From Balanoglossus misakiensis (taxonomy: Eukaryota > Animalia > Hemichordata), in contig CM082588.2 in NCBI GenBank assembly GCA_040954595.2, forward strand, positions 1,805,027 to 1,869,026: a DNA stretch of 64,000 nucleotides, written 5' to 3'. Under the pieces are notes generated by a model. It was not told where the DNA came from and made no database searches. It saw only the letters and a list, made by a program, of their open reading frames with translations. Shown here one piece after another: positions 58,388 through 64,000 of this stretch (the stretch's first letter is position 1; every line of letters starts with the position of its first letter). The translations under genes and the position numbers were made by a program.

Positions 58388-61008
58388 ATGGGAGGGAAAC
58401 CTTCCAGTCTGACCCCAGAATCCCACGTCGTCATTGTCGGGGGAGGGTTCGGTGGACTCAACGTTGCTAAGCGTCTTAGAGGAAAGAGTAATTTCACCCT
58501 GATTGATGGCAGAGAGGGAATCCATTACAATTTAGGTGCATTGAGAGCTGCTGTACAACCAGGTAGGTGATTGACATATGTCTATTAGTTAGGATAAATT
58601 AAATCATTTGAAGTGATGTCAAATAGTCACCCATTTTCAACTGAAGAAACGTAAAATAACTACTGTCGAGATGGGTGTGGATGACACTGTTATGTTTAAG
58701 TACCTGACTTGTTTAGATGGTGGCATCTTTGTGAACAGAAGTCGGTGGATTTCATGGTATAAAATTATGAGATACCGATTAAAATCTTTGAACCATTTCC
58801 CCCTCTTAGGTTTTGCAGCTGCCACGTTTATACCATACAGTGAATTGATCGGAGATAATTTCAAACGAGGCGTTGTCACCGAAATTGACACATCGGGGAA
58901 GACTGTAACCCTGGGAGACGGAAGCAGTATCACGTACACGCACCTGGTCATTGCCACGGGAACAACAGCCCCGTTCCCCGGACAAGTGCCGTCCGATAGT
59001 GACATTGACAATGCCGTTAGCATGTACGATAAAGCGATCGATGAGGTGAGGGCGTGGGTTGTCAAATAAATATTAAAAAACTGAGATATGGCACTGCACT
59101 ATACTAAGTGTACCGAGTATCCTGGTGTTGCAGGTACATGTACTTGGTTCGGCCATCTTTCTCTGTAATCTCTGCGCTGTCCTCAACCTTTGGGGGTTTC
59201 ATTTCTACCTGGTACAATGTTCCGCATGAAATCTCTATTTTTCGACGAACCAGATACCTTGCTGACGTACACTTGACAATGCCTTATCAACAGAATAACT
59301 TTAAATGTAATTCTTTCGAGAAAAATGAGATAAAAACTTTACTTACTGTAGAGAGGGCTGCAAGCCAGTAGAAAAGACACCTTCAATTTTCGTCGTCACT
59401 TTCCACGACCGATGGTCTATGTACATTATCCTAATGAGGCCACCAAAATCTTGAAAATCCAGTCCATATCGTCACAGTCATGACCTTCCTATTCACTTGG
59501 TTGTCGGAAATTGCTCCTGGTAAAGAATATGGTCGTTGCCGTCACAACTTTCAGCCATGATGTTTGCACGTCAAAGACTGAGTCTCGAATGATGGAAGTG
59601 GCACCTCACTGACCATCTGTCAAATGAACTGGCTGACAGCTATCCAATCAAAATGTGTTATTCACCAGGTGCATTTTGTGAAGCTTGTGATTGGGTGATG
59701 TGAGAAGTTGATTAGCATACCCAAATCACGTATGCCGTCTTCAATGCTAAACGATGTACTCATGGCCTGCAATCGTTTAAATTTCACTTCACTGATCCTT
59801 TTTATTTAAATTTTGTGTGTGTGATAGATTAAGGCATCATCCAAGATCGTGATCATTGGAGGTGGTGCAGTCGGTGTAGAGCTGGCTGGTGAGATTGCTA
59901 CTGATTATAAAGACAAGGAAACAACGTTGATCCATCCCAGGGAAATTCTGGTTGATCCAATGTTGGTGCCTAAAGCTCAGAAACAAATGAGAGATCAACT
60001 TGAAAAGCTAGGAGTTAAACTTATACTTGGTGAGTGAGACGCACTTGGACGTTGATACCACAGAACATGAAATCATGAATTCATGAACAGTTAGAACATT
60101 GTGTTCACTGTTCAGAAAACGTTTCAGATTTTTGAGTTCATGTATGATGCTGATCAGTACATTTTGTCACATTTTACCTAATGTTCACCAGGTGAAAGAG
60201 TCAGCAACATGGCCGAGTTGCCACGGGAACACACCACAGAAGTTTTTAAGGTGGTTACAGATAAGGGAACTGAAATAGAAGCTGATTTGGTCTTTGTTTG
60301 CACTGGTGGTAAAGTCAATTCATCAGCCTATGAAAAAAATCTAGGTGAGCTATATTCCTCTATTCTTATTCAATAGACCTACATTGCATTAACCTTTTCA
60401 CTATCATGGTTTGGTCAAAATCCATTGTTTTCTATGGTAAGTTGGACCTCTACTTATAGAAGGGCGGGGGGAAGTGTTAAAGGAACACAATCGCCTCAAC
60501 TTTACATATGTTCATATATAGTCATTAGTAGGTTTCAAACAGATCAAAGTTCATTATGTTATTAATATTGCAGGAGACAAAATGAACGAGAGAGGTCAGC
60601 TAAAGGTCACTGATTACCTCCAGGTGGAGGGTTTGGATGATGTCTATGCTGTTGGTGATTGCAATGATGTCAAAGAGACGAAAATGGCTCTCAGAGCTGA
60701 AAATCAAGCAGAAGTATTTGTGAAGAACTTGGTTAAAGAAGCAAGTGGGAAGAATAAGAAACCGTATAAACCACGTAAGTTTGACCTTTGAATTTTTGGA
60801 TTTCAATACCAGTCAACTTCGGCCAATCAACATAATGTTTTGGTTTCCAGAGGGTCCAATGATGGCGGTGTCTATCGGACGCAGTGGAGGTGTCTTCCAG
60901 GCTGGTTCCATGGTATTCGGTGGTTGGGCAACGAAAAACATAAAGAGTGGTGATATGTTCATCAAAAAGTTTTATAAGGGCTGGGGAATGAAAGTGCAGA
61001 AGATATGA
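58388..61008 (+). CDS. AIFM2: Ferroptosis suppressor protein 1 (NAD(P)H:quinone oxidoreductase), 6 exons (58388-58562, 58810-59045, 59828-60029, 60192-60344, 60574-60774, 60851-61008)
   Basis: Myristoylation-type start MGGKPS, HVVIVGGGFGG, HLVIATG, IIGGGAVGVELAGEI, VYAVGDC, KSGDMF. Probable non-coding first exon with a donor at ~57255. Confidence 0.92.
60389..60480. mobile_element. Possible decayed TTAA-flanked short element in an AIFM2 intron; related inverted fragment at ~49993-50027
   Basis: TTAA at both ends with only weak terminal inverted similarity. The core tggtt..gtc.aaa.ccattgt.ttctatg.taag recurs reverse-complemented in NOX A intron 1. Confidence 0.35.
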
Positions 61009-62106
61009 ATGAAATAGACTGGTGACTTCCGTGGGTTCAAGTCGGGATCTCACTAACCATGGGTTGTTATTGTGTATTTATTGGTTGATATTATTATACT
61101 AACAATTTTGCTCTCTTATCATTCAAAGAGACAATTTAACAGGGATAGAAATACTTTATTTTCCAATACTTGTTTTCCAAATTACAGTTTTGCAAAAAAG
61201 CATGTTTTTTACGGGTTGTAAAGGAATAACACGAACATTAAATGTCATATTTCCAAATTCCAAATCAATTAGTCACAAATAACATAAACCAACACAGAAG
61301 CAATGAATACAGTCAACGCTGTAACACTATATGTACCATTTCTATAGAACTCTACAGATCTCAACAAAACATGAAAGCATCATGTAACCCACATGCCACA
61401 TGTGTGGCTGTATAAAGTGCCTGTAGCTTAAACGCCTTGTTCAAATCTTTTGTTTCCAATAAACAGTTACATGTTAACACATAGGCTTTCTTGTTTGCCT
61501 TCACTGTTCTGCCCTGGGATCGAGGAAAAGGCCTTTAATATCGCCTACACATGAGTGACATCATTTCAATCTACAATCTAATAAATACATGCATACATAC
61601 ATTTTGACAGAAAATTAGTTATAGCAACTAAAGGATTGTTTGTATATGCCTGGAAAAACTACAATTCAACGAATACAATATCACTGAAGTAATGATATGA
61701 TACTGTTTTATAAAGTTTTCAAACACAGAACTACAAAAGAAAAAAAGTAACATAGGGGGACTTTTATTGAATTTGGCCCATTTTGCTTTTGGTCAATCAT
61801 ATAACAGCCTTTGTAAACCATTCTTTCTACTTTCTGGTGAAAAAGTAGCTAGCCTCTTATATCATGGTGAAACCCTTTCAGCGACAGGGGGCCTGTATTC
61901 AAATGAGCACACGTCTTCAGCCTATCAAATTACAGCCAAGGTATACCAGCCCCCTAACTTGCTGGTATTAAGTAAGGTTCAACACAAAAAATCAAAGCAG
62001 ACAAGAAACCATGCCATGCGAGTTTACAGCCTGAACAAATCACCAGTTACAGCCTCAGTGTACTACTGGTTGTCCAGTTTTCTAATAAACAGCCTCCAGC
62101 AACACA

Positions 62107-62410
62107 GAGGGAAACCCTTACAGCCTAAGGAGCCCTAATTCAAAGAGGGAAACCCTTACAGCCTAAGGGGCCCTAATTCAAAGAGGGAAACCCTTTCAGC
62201 CTAAGGGGCCTTAATTCAAAGAGGGAAACCCTTTCAGCCTAAGGGGCATTAATTCAAAGAGGGAAACCCTTTCAGCCTAAGGGGCATTAATTCAAAGAGG
62301 GAAACCCTTTCAGCCTAAGGGGCCTTAATTCAAAGAGGGAAACCCTTTCAGCCTAAGGGGCATTAATTCAAAGAGGGAAACCCTTTCAGCCTAAGGGGCC
62401 TTAATTCAAA
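62107..62410. repeat. Minisatellite, 8 x 38 bp (gagggaaacccttWcagcctaaggRgcMYtaattcaaa)
   Basis: Units start at 62107, 62145, 62183, 62221, 62259, 62297, 62335 and 62373 with no spacers; a degenerate copy lies at 61869-61903. Confidence 0.97.
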
Positions 62411-63219
62411 GTACAGTTTTCAGCCAATCACTTCACAGCCTGGGGTCGCCTTAACTATAATATACGCTCAAAAAGCAAAACAAAAGTGAACAGTATTTTT
62501 TTTACAAATGCGTAGCATTCACAAGAACAACTGTATATCAAAAATGTAGAAATTCACAATTATAAAACACTGTCCAATATATAAATCTGATGTACAAACC
62601 AAACATCAAAGTATCAATGTGATTAAATATTTGTATCCCCACTAGGTACAATATTGTTTACTTCAATAATAAATAATCATTTGAAAAATAGTGTAAATTT
62701 TTAATAATCAATATATGTAATGTTTTTTTAAAAATTAATGACTGAATTTATCACCATTTCCAGGCTCACTGGACTGGTTTAGTTGTGTTAATTTTGACAA
62801 AAATGGTTGGATACACTGTAGGTATGTGTTGTCTGTGTAAATGTTCAGAAAGCACACTGCTAAAACGTAAACAGTGATAGCCTCATCAGCGTACAATGAC
62901 TTCGTAAAACTTCAGTTCTGAAGCAAAAAACACAACAATCTTCACAAAAACACATTTGAACACAAAAATACTCACAGCTGAGTAAAACGACACACGGTTT
63001 GAATTTGGTGTACAAAAGATTACATCACCAGTTGGCGTGTGGCATGTAATATATAAGGTGTTTTTTTTCTTGATACAAGACATTGGTATGCCTTTCTTTC
63101 AAACCATTTGTTTTCATATGCATCAATGTCGGAAAATGCACGTAACGGAGATAATAGTGATAAACAGACCGTAGTGTCACGATGTCTTCTTGTGCTGGTG
63201 TTGGTCATGCAGTTGTCTT

Positions 63220-63841
63220 TTATGAAACCTGTGTGTTGTTGAGACGGTAGTAGACTCCTTCCTTGGCGATCAGATCGTCGTGTTTGCCCTTCTCAACGAC
63301 CTTGCCATGTTGAATCACGAAGATCACATCAGCGTCCTGTATTGTGGACAGTCTGTGGGCGATGACAATACAGGTACGACCCTCACTGGCTTTATCCAAA
63401 GCCTCCTGCACCACCTGTTACAGCAGAAAGGAAAACATAGCCAAAACATGACCAGGATTTTTCCACAAAATGATTCTATGGAAAATAGAGCTCTTTCATT
63501 GTATAATTTTACACACATGTACCAGTGATTTGCACAAGGCATATGTACTGGCAATAGTAATTTTCACATGAAATAAATAAAAATATTTGATCAACAGTCT
63601 GACAACCATTAAATTAACAGACACAACTGACAAGGAATCACTGACAAGTGTGGAGCTGTCAGAAGCACCTGACCTGTCAACTTTGACCTCTTACCTTCTC
63701 ACTTTCTGTATCGAGAGCAGAAGTGGCCTCATCCAGGAGGAGAATCTTGGGGTTTCTGACAAGAGCACGGGCAATAGCCACTCTCTGCTTCTGACCTCCA
63801 GACAGTTGGGTGCCCTTATCTCCGACTTTGGTTTCGTAACC
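63220..63841 (-). CDS. ABCB1/P-glycoprotein-like ABC transporter, last two exons (63841-63695, 63414-63220); the gene continues beyond the window
   Basis: [78 protein letters not shown]: signature, Walker B, D-loop and H-loop of a C-terminal NBD. Confidence 0.92.
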
Positions 63842-64000
63842 CTGGAGACAAAACAAACACAAGCATGTTTATTATAAGGTGTTTGTGTTTTAATAAAAGA
63901 ATCATGAGTATGCACACTGCATGTGTTTAACCAGAAACCACATGGTTCTCCCCTTACACATAGACAGGCTATACAAATATCCTCCCTGTCATATGTCCAA

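Noticed and set aside
62107-62410. CRISPR-like array of palindromic 38-bp repeats
   Set aside because: Units are contiguous with no unique spacers, there are no cas genes, and the context is eukaryotic. The loop CAGCC also does not match the iron-responsive element loop CAGUG.

Overview
Intron-rich animal genomic DNA (about 39% GC by eye, short GT-AG introns), most likely an invertebrate deuterostome such as a hemichordate (inference). No prokaryotic system, CRISPR array, rRNA or tRNA was seen. Gene order: the 5' region of an unidentified minus-strand gene (1 to ~9.96 kb); ARL6/BBS3 (-) head-to-head with TFB1M (+); two tandem, unannotated two-exon paralogs (+) with RFX X-boxes and RPx[S/T] motifs; MAP7/ensconsin (-) head-to-head with PDHA1 (+); an inverted, divergently transcribed pair of NOX1/2/3-type NADPH oxidases; AIFM2/FSP1 (+); a 38-bp minisatellite; and the 3' end of an ABCB1-like transporter (-). 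The most interesting points are the unrecognised, probably ciliary paralog pair, the asymmetric NOX duplication next to FSP1, a second acidic reading frame in the MAP7 last exon, and apparent ancient synteny with the vertebrate TFB1M-NOX3 and PDHA1-MAP7D2-CYBB regions. Exon boundaries were read by hand and may be off by a few bases.
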